DNA from: an uncultured Gammaproteobacteria bacterium
GTDB lineage: Bacteria > Pseudomonadota > Gammaproteobacteria > CAWCPV01
Assembly (NCBI GenBank): GCA_963797555.1
Contig: CAWCPV010000014.1
Span: 384,001 to 448,000 of the forward strand
DNA: 64,000 nt
Direction of reading: 5' to 3'
The translations under genes and the position numbers were made by a program. How positions within the stretch are numbered: position 1 is the stretch's first letter; each line of letters starts with the position of its first letter. This document shows positions 1 through 9,755 of this stretch, one piece after another. The notes below the pieces were generated by a model. The model made no database searches. It was not told the origin of the DNA and worked only from the letters and a program-made list of their open reading frames with translations.

Positions 1-685
1 CAAAGCCTCTGACGGTCCTGATCCGCTGCGGTCGGCTCGGAGACGTTTCAATCTTGCGCCGCAGCAAGTGTATGAACTGCTGCACGTCGCTGGCTGTCGC
101 TTTGGAGTTGGTAGGCCAGATGCGCTGGAGGATTTCCCCCACGGAAAAGACACGGCCCGGCTCGGTGGCGAACAGGTGCAGAAGCTGGTACTGCCTGGGG
201 CTGAGAGGGATGAGCGTGCCGTGGACGCGCACCTGCTTGAGGCGATCATCGATATGAAGTTCAGGGGTGCCGGGCGAACCCCCGACGGACGCCAAAGGAA
301 GTCCCGGCCTGCGGCGCTGCACCCTGCGGCGCTCCAAGATCGGGGGTAAGGCGCTCGTCGGGGCCAAGCTGCGCCGGGCTAGCAGGAGATCTAAGCGGGT
401 TTCCAGTTCAGCCAGTTGGAACGGTCTGAACACGAAGTCATCGATTCCAATGTGGGGCCCATTTAGTATCGCCTCACGGTCACCCAACGAAGCGACGCAA
501 ATGGTTGGCGGGTTGCCTAGCGACCCTCTCAGCAGCGCGATCTCCTGTATACGCTTGGCGGGATAGGCGCCCAGGTCCGCGACTATGACAGTCGCCCCTT
601 CTTGCGGCTCGTTTGGGTGCGTCTCCAGGGTCCTGAGGATACGATAACCCTTGGTGCCGAAAACGCGTTCCAGCAACGTGGCCAT
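1..685 (-). CDS. OmpR/PhoB-type winged-helix response regulator, atypical receiver; 3' end runs off the window
   Basis: Manual minus-strand translation from ATG 685 (absent from the ORF track): VIVADLG...GIDDFVFRPFQLAELETRL...LSPKQYQLLHLFATEPGRVFS...LRRKIE...IRTVRGFG. Confidence 0.8.
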   Translation of the reverse strand, partial: MATLLERVFGTKGYRILRTLETHPNEPQEGATVIVADLGAYPAKRIQEIALLRGSLGNPPTICVASLGDREAILNGPHIGIDDFVFRPFQLAELETRLDLLLARRSLAPTSALPPILERRRVQRRRPGLPLASVGGSPGTPELHIDDRLKQVRVHGTLIPLSPRQYQLLHLFATEPGRVFSVGEILQRIWPTNSKATASDVQQFIHLLRRKIETSPSRPQRIRTVRGF

Positions 686-1222
686 AGAACTGGTCCGTCA
701 TGAACAACCGTATAGACGGTCGGACCGGCTCACGCGAACCAACGCCGTGGGTCGGGGAAGGGATTTCGGGATGCGTGACCATTACCGCCAATCAGGATAA
801 TCCGCGGCAACTCTCCCCACCGTCACCCGTCGGCAGTGAAGTACCATTGTGGGTCCCTCGGACTTCCCCTCTGTTCCCGGCCCGGTAGATGACCTCAACA
901 TAAGAAACGGACATGCCACACGGCGGGAGTGGGCGGCCGGGCGGGAACCTAGCTACGGCGGCGTCCCGGTCCGCAACTAACGAATCTTGGCTCTGGCGTG
1001 CAAGCGAGACCAGGTGGGAGAACCGGCGGACTACGGGCAATACTGACCTACAGCGTCATGTCTCAGTCGGTGAAGCAGGTCCATGTCACGCGGTGGCGGA
1101 CAGAGGACGGGGGCTTGGGGTAGTGATGAGATCACTCTGCCGTCGGACCTGCCTCAGGCGCGGAGGTGACGGTACACTGAAGCAGGTCGACCCCGAGGTG
1201 CCGAATCTTGTCTAGAGCTTCG

Positions 1223-1600
1223 TCACGACTCGTTGCGAGCAGGGTATAGTCGAGAGCTACGGGGATAGCGGAGAACCCCGCATATCCGGTGCCGCGTATC
1301 CTGTACATATGGTTCGCTCCTTTTCAGCGGAAAAACGCCCTCGTGCGACAGCAGCCACCGCCTATCGGTCGCTGTGTCCTCGCCCTGTGAGGCAGGCACA
1401 GATGGGCTGACGGACACTAACGTTCCCGAAAGCACCCAAGCCTTCTGGCTCGGGGCAAACCGGGGCGCCAGCAGCCCGTCGTTAATCTCCCGACAGCAAA
1501 GCGGTTGAACTGGGTGGCCGACAGCAGGGAATTCGACCACATTAGCGGCCAACAGTACAAACCCACAAGCTTCAAAACTCGACCCAGAGCAGTCCTTCAT
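1223..1600 (-). CDS. hypothetical protein
   Basis: 125-aa ORF with GGAGG RBS before the ATG; no recognisable domain. Confidence 0.3.
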   Translation of the reverse strand: MKDCSGSSFEACGFVLLAANVVEFPAVGHPVQPLCCREINDGLLAPRFAPSQKAWVLSGTLVSVSPSVPASQGEDTATDRRWLLSHEGVFPLKRSEPYVQDTRHRICGVLRYPRSSRLYPARNES

Positions 1601-2091
1601 GGGTTGCCTCCAGCATGGTCAATCCCGATCCCTGCATGGGTTAGATACATCCGAGAAGATGAACGTTCGCTGCGCCCTCAACGTGAAACCCGAGGGCGAC
1701 CTGGATCGTTCGTCTTTCACAGACGACTGGTGAGAAACCCACGGCTGCTCAGTGGTGCCGTACGCTTGTTTTTTGGCTTACCCAAAACTTTGCGGGTGTG
1801 ACCCGGTTTTGAAGCTCCTTGGCGATCCGGGAGGTTCCCTTGCCTTCCGCCAGGGTCGTCAGGACTTCCAGTTCCCGTGCGGTGAGATCCACATGGGGTC
1901 GTCTCGTTGCAAGGCGTTGGCCGAATTCCAGACCGCTGCGCGCTCACATTTCGTCCAACTCCGCGGGTTCGTCCTGCGGCTTAACTATAGGTTCAAACAA
2001 GGCCGTGCTGGACCTGCGAGCTCGGTCCACGTACGTATGGCTTGCTTTCCGATTGGGGGGAGTCCCGCCGGTTGTGCCCCCACGCAGCCGT

Positions 2092-2490
2092 TAACTCCCT
2101 GAGGTAAGCCCCCGGCTTTGCCGGGGGACTCACCGAGGTTTGACCTATACGACGGTCGTCGTGAATCTCCAATCTCCGCCAAGAGAAGGGGATCCACGAT
2201 GAAAGAGTACCAGAGTCTGAGCCACACGAAGTGGGACTGTAAGTGCAGGAAAAAGCGGATCTTCGGGGCGCTGCGCCGCCACCTGGGACGGATCTTCCAC
2301 GAGTTGGCGGGCCATAAGGAATCGAAGGTAGTTGAAGGGCTTACATCCGGAACCAAGAGCAAGAGGAGGAGCGCTACGATCAACTGACGCTGCGGACACA
2401 GGTCCAGCCGCCTTGGGCGGCTCTCGGTATTATGGCGCCTTTGAGGCGCTCACCCAATAAGCCCCCGGCTTTGCCGGGGGTGAGTTAACT
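2092..2490 (+). mobile_element. tnpA: internally deleted IS200-family element (tnpA pseudogene), copy 1
   Basis: MKEYQSLSHTKWDCK...KKRIFGALRRHLGRIFHELA plus out-of-frame YIRNQE; subterminal hairpin CCCCCGGC-TTT-GCCGGGGG at both ends; HUH core missing. Confidence 0.85.
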
Positions 2491-2735
2491 GCGGAAGCAG
2501 TTCCCCGGCGGTCGACCCTTGGTCATATTGGTCGGGGTCCCCGGTCATCCACCACGCGGCGGATCGCCTCACCGCGAGGGTCTCGTCAGGGGTGTGCTGT
2601 AGCTCCTTGTCAAGTTGCCTTGCCATGACACACTCAACGACGGCACGAGCCTCCTTTGCCCGCATGGCACAAGCTTGGGTGATGAGGCTATCGCAGGTAG
2701 CGCGCCCCGCCACGCATCCCTGGCTTTCCTTCAAG

Positions 2736-3201
2736 CTAAGGGCAGCGGGAGGAATCGCTCGGAACCTTGCCCACGATGCGCAGGAAGGCCCCGAAAAGCC
2801 CCATGTTGCCCATCGCCTCCATCTTTGGGCCTCCGAACTTCAAGCGGCCGAACATCATCGCCTTGAACGGCCCGTACTCTCCCGTCGGCACCGACATCCA
2901 AATTCTTGGTTTCGACCGCACCGCCATAACCGCACATGGCCTTGCTGTCCTTCTTGTTGAATCGAAGCTCCACGCGCGGGCTATCGGGGCAGTCGGTGCG
3001 GTACATTTCGATCACCTTGAAGCCGCGGCCCTTGTCGTTCTCTATCCACTTCTCCAGACCCTCGGTCAGCGTCGAATCCGCGTTCCATGCTTCACAGGCT
3101 TGCTTGGCCCATTCTGCCGACATCAGAACCGGTTCAGCAGCGACCGCGGTGCCGAGCACAAAGCAGGCGAAGCTCGCCAACGCTACGAGACGGTATTTCA
3201 T
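2736..3201 (-). pseudogene. secreted SCP2 sterol-binding-domain-like protein, broken near 2885
   Basis: Signal peptide, then MSAEWAKQACEAWN...YRTDCP...CGYGG in one frame; C-terminus GEYGPFKAMMFGRLKFGGPKMEAMGNMG in another. Confidence 0.65.
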
Positions 3202-3325
3202 GGGGGCTCTCCTCGCTTTTTGATGTCATGACAACCGGTTACGGCTTCACTAGCTTGCCACAACTCAAGTGGCGGGGACCACTGGGGCAGCGCAACCCGT
3301 GCGGCTGCCGATGTCATGCCGGACG

Positions 3326-3382
3326 CGAATGGCCGTTGTGGGTCGGAAGCGGTCATCGAAAAAAGAGAGAGTCAGCGGGTTG
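3326..3382 (+). repeat. ~55-bp dispersed intergenic repeat, copy A
   Basis: CGAATGGCCGTTGTGGGTCGGAAGCGGTCATCGAAAA...AGCGGGTTG resembles the reverse complement of 10783-10840. Confidence 0.6.
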
Positions 3383-3643
3383 CGAGGGGCTTCTCTCCGC
3401 TGGCTCCCACGTCGCCGCCCTGCATCCGGACCCGGCGGGGTTGAGCGGAAGCGGCTTTTCATTGCACCGAACGTGCATCATGATGCCTCCAGTCCCACGG
3501 CGCAGCGTCAACAACGGCAAGATCGCCATCGTCACCAGAGATAAGATCACGGGCTCGCCCTGCCGACCCGAGGTGCACGGAGCCGCGGGGCGGTTCAAGC
3601 CTCACCGACATTGGCCAACAATAGAGGTGAGTTGGAGGACAGC

Positions 3644-4093
3644 GTGCAGAAGACAGTGCGAAAGGCTCGGGCCTTCATCCGTCATCCGTCCGATATTCCG
3701 ATCGAGATCGGTACGGAAATGGCGCCACAAGCGGCACGCCACAGGCTGAACAACGTCAGCCTGGGGGGATTGTGTTGCGAGTGTGCGGCGCCTCTGACGC
3801 CCGGAGCGTTGGTCAAGATCCGTTTCCCGGTCGTACGGCCCGCCTTCGAAACCAAGGGCAACGTCGTCTGGTGTCACCGGCGTCAGGGCCACTTCGATCT
3901 GGGCGTCCAGTTCACGGAGCGAGAGGACGCCTTCAGGGCGCGCATGGTCGAGCAGATTTGCCACATCGAGCACTACCGCAACGAGATCCGAGACGCGGAG
4001 GGCCGCATCTTAGACGGAGAGGCGGCGGCACGTGAGTGGATCAGCAAATTCGCGGCCCAGTTCCCCGATGCGGGCCTGTCCGGCCGCCAGTAG
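3644..4093 (+). CDS. PilZ domain protein
   Basis: RAFIRH (RxxxR) and NVSLGG (D/NxSxxG) motifs, VVWC...GVQF; GGAGGA RBS before GTG 3644. Confidence 0.85.
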   Translation: MQKTVRKARAFIRHPSDIPIEIGTEMAPQAARHRLNNVSLGGLCCECAAPLTPGALVKIRFPVVRPAFETKGNVVWCHRRQGHFDLGVQFTEREDAFRARMVEQICHIEHYRNEIRDAEGRILDGEAAAREWISKFAAQFPDAGLSGRQ

Positions 4094-4449
4094 TGAGGGC
4101 CTGATGCCCGAGAAGGCACCATTCTGCCGTCTCTGAAAGGCTAAGGTTCAGTGCGGGGCTCCCCAGGCAGGCCCGCACAGTTCCCGGCGGAGCAGCGGAA
4201 CAGGCGGGCTCTCGCATCGATCGAAGGGCATGCCAAACGCTACCACCAAGGCCGCGTACCCGCGAGCAAGGGAGACGCGCTGTCCTGATTGCCCGCTAGA
4301 CGAAGAGGGCCTCACCGTCCATTGCGTGATTCATTCTCGGAGCGAGCGCGGAAGCCCGTTGCCGGATGTAGCAATCCGACTGCACGTGACCCCCTGGGTC
4401 AGTGTTGCTTCGTCCTCAGTCAGTTCTTTCCGACAATCTCGCCCGCAGG

Positions 4450-5535
4450 CTAGTGTAGTGCTTCATTCTGTTTAGAACTTAAACGTGCGTTGGCGCGGAT
4501 GACCTTCTGCAGGATGTCCTTAGCCTTGGCGGTCCAGATGAAGGGTTTGGGATTGGCGTTGTGGGCATCGACATAGCGGTTGATGGCATGGATCAACTCG
4601 GGGACGCTTCGAAACACGCCACGGCGCAACCGATCCACAGTCAGGTCGCGGAAGAATCGCTCGACCATGTTCAACCAGGATGCTGAGGTGGGCGTGAAAT
4701 GGATGTGGAAACGCGGGTGTTTTCCCAGCCATTTCTGAACGTTGGGATGTTTGTGGGTGGCGTAGTTGTCGCAGACCAAGTGCAGTTCCTTGTCCTTGGG
4801 CGTCTCGCGGTCGATTTGGCGCAGGAAGGTGAGCCACTCCGTGTGGCGATGGTGCGGCTCGCAGCGGGCAATCACGGAACCCTCCAAGGTGTTCAGGGCA
4901 GCAAACAGTGTCGTGGTGCCATGGCGCTTGTAGTCATGGGTCATGGTCGCAGCCCGCCCCTTCTTCAGCGGCAGGCCAGGTTGGGTACGATCCAGCGCCT
5001 GAACCTGACTCTTCTCGTCGCAGCACAACACCAAAGCATGCTCCGGGGGGGACAGATACAGCCCGACGATGTCCTCCAACTTCTCGGTGAATTTCGGGTC
5101 GCGCGATACCTTGAAGGATTCGACACGATGCGGCTTCAGCCCATGGGCATGCCACACGCGCAGCACCGTGGTGTCGCTCACTCCCATTTCCTTAGCCAGG
5201 GTCCGCGTACTCCACTGTGTCGCTGCTAAGGGCTGGGTCTGAGTCGTGCGTCGCACGATCTCGGCGGCATCCACCTTGGGCTGACGACCTCCGCGCGGCA
5301 GGTCACACTCGATGGCCGCCAGCCCGCCTTGCGCATAGCGCTCCCGCCAACGCCCAACCTGCACACGCCCAATCTTGAGTTCCGCCGCGATGGCCTTGTT
5401 CTCCATGCCCACCGCCGCCAACAGCACAATGCGCGCTCGGCGGGCCAGCCTCACACTCGTGGTGTTCGAACGCGACACACGCCTCAGGCTCCGCTGTTCT
5501 TCCGCGCTCAGTCGGACCATCGGGGCTACTCGCAT
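4450..5535 (-). CDS. IS630 transposase
   Basis: HTH N-terminus; DEK...QAL, THDYKRHGTTTLFAAL, DNYATHK, SWLNMVERFF motifs. Confidence 0.95.
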   Translation of the reverse strand: MRVAPMVRLSAEEQRSLRRVSRSNTTSVRLARRARIVLLAAVGMENKAIAAELKIGRVQVGRWRERYAQGGLAAIECDLPRGGRQPKVDAAEIVRRTTQTQPLAATQWSTRTLAKEMGVSDTTVLRVWHAHGLKPHRVESFKVSRDPKFTEKLEDIVGLYLSPPEHALVLCCDEKSQVQALDRTQPGLPLKKGRAATMTHDYKRHGTTTLFAALNTLEGSVIARCEPHHRHTEWLTFLRQIDRETPKDKELHLVCDNYATHKHPNVQKWLGKHPRFHIHFTPTSASWLNMVERFFRDLTVDRLRRGVFRSVPELIHAINRYVDAHNANPKPFIWTAKAKDILQKVIRANARLSSKQNEALH

Positions 5536-5615
5536 CAGTGCTCTCCTGTCTTGGCTTCATAGCCCTGGACAGCGATAGATCATATATGTTCCGTTAATTA
5601 CCAAGCACTACACTA
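4451..5615 (-). mobile_element. IS630-family insertion sequence, copy 1
   Basis: Terminal IRs TAGTGTAGTGCTT / AAGCACTACACTA, TA duplicated within a CTAG target. Confidence 0.95.
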
Positions 5616-5685
5616 GCTCCAAGCTTTTCGCTGCGAACCGGTCGTCAGGGCGCTTCCCGAGGCGGCCAATTCTCCCATGCCTGTA

Positions 5686-5701
5686 TGGCATGCTGGTTGC
5701 T
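5686..5701 (+). promoter_or_regulatory. putative sigma-54 promoter
   Basis: TGGCATGCTGGTTGCT has the GG-N10-GC -24/-12 consensus. Confidence 0.5.
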
Positions 5702-5992
5702 TCTCAGGTGATGAGGCTGCCCAAAAACCGCGTCGGGCGTCCCCTTCGGGCTTGAGCAGTTGGAGATCGCCGTCATGCGTATGTACGCGTTAAAGTTCAA
5801 GAACGTGGACCCGTTGGCGCCTGACTGATGTTCCCCCTAGATCACCGCATTTAAGCTTCTGGATCAACGGTTTATCCAGATTCGTACTGGGTACATCCTA
5901 GCTTGTTGATTCGTTTGGTCAAATTTAGTGATGCCGCCCGGCTTTCGTCAAGCCTGATACATGGCTACGCCAACGCCCCCAGATATGGCGAT

Positions 5993-6431
5993 AGTTAACT
6001 CACCCCCGGCGAAGCCGGGGGCTTATTGGGTGAGCGCCTCAAAGGCGCCATAACACCGGGAGCCGCCCAAGGCGGCTGGACCTACGTCCCCAGCCTCAGA
6101 TGATCGTAGCGCTCGTCCTGTTGGTCTTGGTTCCGGATGTAGGCCCTCACCATCGCCTCATCTTAAGCCGACTGCGGACACCTTGTGGCCCGCCAACTCC
6201 TGGAAGATCTGTCCAGGTGGCGGCGCAGCGCCCCGAAGATCTGCTTCTTCCTGCGCTTCGGGATGAATACCACATGATACTTACAGTCGCACTTCGTGTG
6301 GCTCGGACTCTGGTACTCTTTCATCGTGAATCCCCTTCTCTTGGCGGAGATTGGAGATTCACGACGACCGTCGTATAGGTCAAACCTCGGTGAGTCCCCC
6401 GGCAAAGCCGGGGGCTTACCTCAGGGAGTTA
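5993..6431 (-). mobile_element. tnpA: internally deleted IS200-family element, copy 2 (inverted relative to copy 1)
   Basis: MKEYQSPSHTKCDCKYHVVFIPKRRKK...; same terminal hairpins as 2092-2490; different internal deletion. Confidence 0.85.
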
Positions 6432-6655
6432 TGTAAAAACACAAGGTTGCGGGTCAGAAAGCCGCGTTCGAGGGGGGAAGATCCGCCTGAGCGTCCGCTG
6501 GGAGGCGCGCCGCCCGCGCCTGCGGGCCGCAGCGTGGCGGCCGGCTCCAGGTCTCGAACGGTGACTGGGCCAGCCGCGGTCGCGACAACGGTACCCCAAA
6601 GTGAGTAGTTTGCGATCTAGAGGAGAAAGATCGGCGGGCAGCTTAGCCCATGTCG

Positions 6656-7990
6656 TTATACACATCTCGGGCTCTGTGAGGCCCGTTGTGCGTCCATGGC
6701 GAGCACGAAGTCGCGGGTTCGCTGCAGCCCGATCCACAGGCTTTGCGGACCCGGGAAGCCGTCGCCCTTGCGATTGAGGAAGCCGCCGAAGCTCGCCACC
6801 ATACGCACCATCGCATCGAGCGAGGGGGGTGTCTCAGGCGGGGGCTGGCGCTTGGTGACGATATACACCGCGCGCCATTCCTCCTCGGCGAACACCACGT
6901 TGCAGGGCATCTGCGGGCAGTCGCGCCCGAGCAGGGTGAGGTAGAGCACCCGCCAGGCGATGATGAGGTAGAAGGCGAGCGCGGGCTCCAGGCGTTCGAG
7001 GGTCTCGAGCTGCAGCTTCTCGATGCGGCAGCCGCTTTTGAGGATCTTGAAGAACACCTCGATTTGCCACCGGCAGAGGTACCATTGGAGCTTCTCCAGG
7101 GCCTGCTCGGCGGTCTCGACGGGGAGGCTGGTGAGGAGCAGCCACTCGATGGGCTCCTCGCCCTGGGGCGGGTCCACCTCGCGGGCCAGCACGGCGCTCA
7201 CCTCGATGTCCGCCAGGGTGCGGTCCGAGCGATGCGGGGCCTTGAAAGTGAGGCGTGCGACGCGCAGTTGCTGGTGGATGCGCCGCGCCGGACGCCTAGC
7301 GGTGGCGGGCAGGTCGAATTCGGCCTCGGCCAGCACCGGCGCGCTTGCGAGCCGGGCGCGCTCGGCGCGGATGAGCCACTCGGCGCAGGGCTGCGTGGCG
7401 GCGCGTTCCGCGAGCACCTCGTAGATGTCGGCCTCGCGGTCGGCGACATAGACCAACTGGGTCTCGGGCAGGGACTCGATGAGCTCCGAGACGCGTCGAT
7501 AACCCTCCAGCCAGCGCAGGCTCTCTTTTTCCTCGATGGGCCGGCGGCCCTGCTCCTTGCCCAGACTGCCCGCCTCGCGGGTCCAGCTCCATAGATCCAA
7601 TAGCCCCAAGGGCACCCGCTCGGGGGTCACGGCGAGGGTGGGGTGCAGGTACAATCCACGGCGGGTCTCGTAGTTGAGCGGGCCCAGCCCGACGATGTCG
7701 TTCTTGCCGCTATAGTCCCCTTCCGTGGTGTCTTGGATGCACAGCACCACCGAGTATTCGCGCATACGCTGCTCGGTGCAGGCGTAATGGGGCTCGAGCA
7801 CCGCCTGGGCGGTGACCTGGGGATGGTCGAACAGCCGATAAGCCGCCAAGGTCTCGGCCCAGCCGCCACAGGCGGTGGGAATGCTCTGCATGGGATGGGC
7901 TCCCAGCTTCTCCAGGGTGCGTCGCGCCCGGCGGTTGAGGCGCGCATCACCCAAGTCGATGGCGGCCAGCTCCTCGGCCAGGGCATTCAT
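6656..7990 (-). CDS. IS4-family (Tn5-like) transposase
   Basis: LGDARLNRR, IQDTT, EKESLRW, ADREADIYE, Y-x2-R-W-x-IE-x5-LKSG (YREK), GGFLNRKGDGFPG. Confidence 0.95.
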   Translation of the reverse strand: MNALAEELAAIDLGDARLNRRARRTLEKLGAHPMQSIPTACGGWAETLAAYRLFDHPQVTAQAVLEPHYACTEQRMREYSVVLCIQDTTEGDYSGKNDIVGLGPLNYETRRGLYLHPTLAVTPERVPLGLLDLWSWTREAGSLGKEQGRRPIEEKESLRWLEGYRRVSELIESLPETQLVYVADREADIYEVLAERAATQPCAEWLIRAERARLASAPVLAEAEFDLPATARRPARRIHQQLRVARLTFKAPHRSDRTLADIEVSAVLAREVDPPQGEEPIEWLLLTSLPVETAEQALEKLQWYLCRWQIEVFFKILKSGCRIEKLQLETLERLEPALAFYLIIAWRVLYLTLLGRDCPQMPCNVVFAEEEWRAVYIVTKRQPPPETPPSLDAMVRMVASFGGFLNRKGDGFPGPQSLWIGLQRTRDFVLAMDAQRASQSPRCV

Positions 7991-8859
7991 GCGGCTCCCC
8001 CGAGCGCCCGGCGAAAGCGGCCATCGAGCGGATACACATAGACATCCTTGATGGGCAGCGCCTCACGGTCGAGCTTGCCCCGCCCGGTGGTCTGCCCCAG
8101 ATGATGCCAGTTGGCCGCCCGGTAGCAGGTGCCCGCGAACCGGCCGGCCTCGACAAAGGTCTCCAGCAGCACCGGGCGTACCCCGTAGCGCTCTTCGAAC
8201 TCGCCCGGCACCTGCCGCGCGGCCCGCCCGAGGACCTTGGAGGCCAGGTTCGCCACCCGCACCCACGGCAGAATGAGAAACCGCGCATGGTTCAGCACCT
8301 GCCCCAGGTGCTGCGCACGGCTTGGCGCATCCCAGCCAATCCAGCGGTTGCGCACGCCCACCTTCCAGGCCGCGGCCCCGAAGCCCATGGCCCCCACCAC
8401 ACCCCCGTCCCAGCGAATCAGATAGCGCAGCTGGGCACCGGGCAGCGGCCGGTAGCCCAAATAATGGTACCGGTCGATGAGCCCATTCCACAGCGCCGAG
8501 TCCGCCGGGTCAGCAACCGGCGCCAAGTGCAGACCCTGCAAATCCCGCACTGCGCCCACCACCGGTACCTCAGCGGGCCAATCTTGCGGCTCGCGCGACA
8601 GCCCCTTCCCATTGCCGTTACCGTTGCGCGGCGCCGGCAGCTCGATCCAGCCTGCCCGATGCAGCCGCAGCAGCCCGACTCGACAGCTCATCAGCTTGGG
8701 CCTACCGGCTGCATCGGTCCACCCCAGCACCCGACACACCCGCCGCGCCACCTCGGCTCGCACTCGGGGCTCCGCCAGCCAAGCCTCCCGCCGTATGCTC
8801 TCAAGCTCCCCCGCGCTCAGCACGCGCCCACCCAACCACCTCGGCAACCCCTTCTCCAT
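7987..8859 (-). CDS. DUF4338 domain protein (DruA-like domain) carried by the IS
   Basis: YHYLGY...GAQLRY, AAWK...R..WIGW, RFLILPWV...NLAS, LLETFVE...GTCYRAANW...G.T.GRGK; ATGA overlap with the transposase start. Confidence 0.85.
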   Translation of the reverse strand: MEKGLPRWLGGRVLSAGELESIRREAWLAEPRVRAEVARRVCRVLGWTDAAGRPKLMSCRVGLLRLHRAGWIELPAPRNGNGNGKGLSREPQDWPAEVPVVGAVRDLQGLHLAPVADPADSALWNGLIDRYHYLGYRPLPGAQLRYLIRWDGGVVGAMGFGAAAWKVGVRNRWIGWDAPSRAQHLGQVLNHARFLILPWVRVANLASKVLGRAARQVPGEFEERYGVRPVLLETFVEAGRFAGTCYRAANWHHLGQTTGRGKLDREALPIKDVYVYPLDGRFRRALGGAA

Positions 8860-8958
8860 CTGCTCCCCCTCGTCACCTGGTGAACGATGGGGGCATTGAA
8901 TCAGCTTCCGGGGGCTGTGTCCAGAGGGGCAGCAGCCCTAGCTACGGGGAGACGTGTA

Positions 8959-9755
8959 TCCGCCGTAGGGACGGCGGTCACCCGCCGCCCCCGGCACAGA
9001 CCCGGACGTGCAGTTTTTCCGCATCCGGTTCCTCGGTTGTACTCGCTTCCGCGCAGACGGCCACTCGCCGTCTGTTGGCTATTGCCCGCAGTGAGGTTCG
9101 CTTGCGTTCTCCGGCCCGACTCTGTCCGGCGCAAGTTTCCTATACGGGCTGCGTACTTCCGCCAGGTCCTTCCCCTTGTAACGGGCTTTCCCCGTCTCCG
9201 AGTACTATGCCTGGTAAGACTCCCCACCAGCATACGGCGGGCGTTCCCTTTGACAGTACTTCTCCGCCTGCCTGCTCCGAAGTTCCCTTCGTCCACTTAG
9301 GTTCCGGCTTAACCCTGTGTCCGGGTTTCCCCTTCCGTGCCTCAATAGCCGTATACCGTATGACCGAGCTTCCCTCCGGCCAGGAGCCGATGGGGCCTCC
9401 TGGGTTCTCCGACGCCTCTCTTCCTGCATGCCACGGCCTGAGGACTCCGGCGGACCTCCACGCCCTCGCCAAAACGGGCGCTTCGTGTAGCCTTCGGGCA
9501 CGTTAAAACCCTCGGCATCCGCAACAAGCTTATCTCGAAGCTGTACCAGCACTTCAGGGAGCGCGGCCTCCCCTACGGCCTACAGGATACTCTGCCTACG
9601 CTTAGCCCGTCTTGTTCGCAGCCTCTCGGCTACTCCGCCACGGACCCAAGGCTTCGATACGGGTGGGTGGCTAACCCTTATGAAGATGCCTTACGACCTC
9701 TTCTCCCGACAGGGACTCTCACCCTGCAAGAAGCGCCGAGCTTTGCCCAGCGCGA
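8959..9755 (-). ncRNA. ORF-less (non-autonomous) group II intron, boundaries +/-1 nt
   Basis: Domain V GAACCGGATGCGGAAAAACTGCACGTCCGGGTC (8999-9031); domain VI GGGGCGGCGG...CCGCCGTCCCTAC; 5' end TCGCGCTGGGC...GGGTGAGAGTCCC; excision restores the IS inverted repeat. Confidence 0.85.

Noticed and set aside
1740-1900. c-di-GMP or other riboswitch upstream of the 1223-1600 ORF
   Set aside because: Some hairpin potential, but I could not match the conserved riboswitch motifs.
2092-2490. TnpB/IscB RNA-guided system in the IS200 elements
   Set aside because: No tnpB or iscB ORF or remnant; only ~100 bp lie between the tnpA end and the right end.
7987-8859. Druantia anti-phage system
   Set aside because: Only a DUF4338 gene inside IS ends; no DruE-like helicase or other dru genes in the window.
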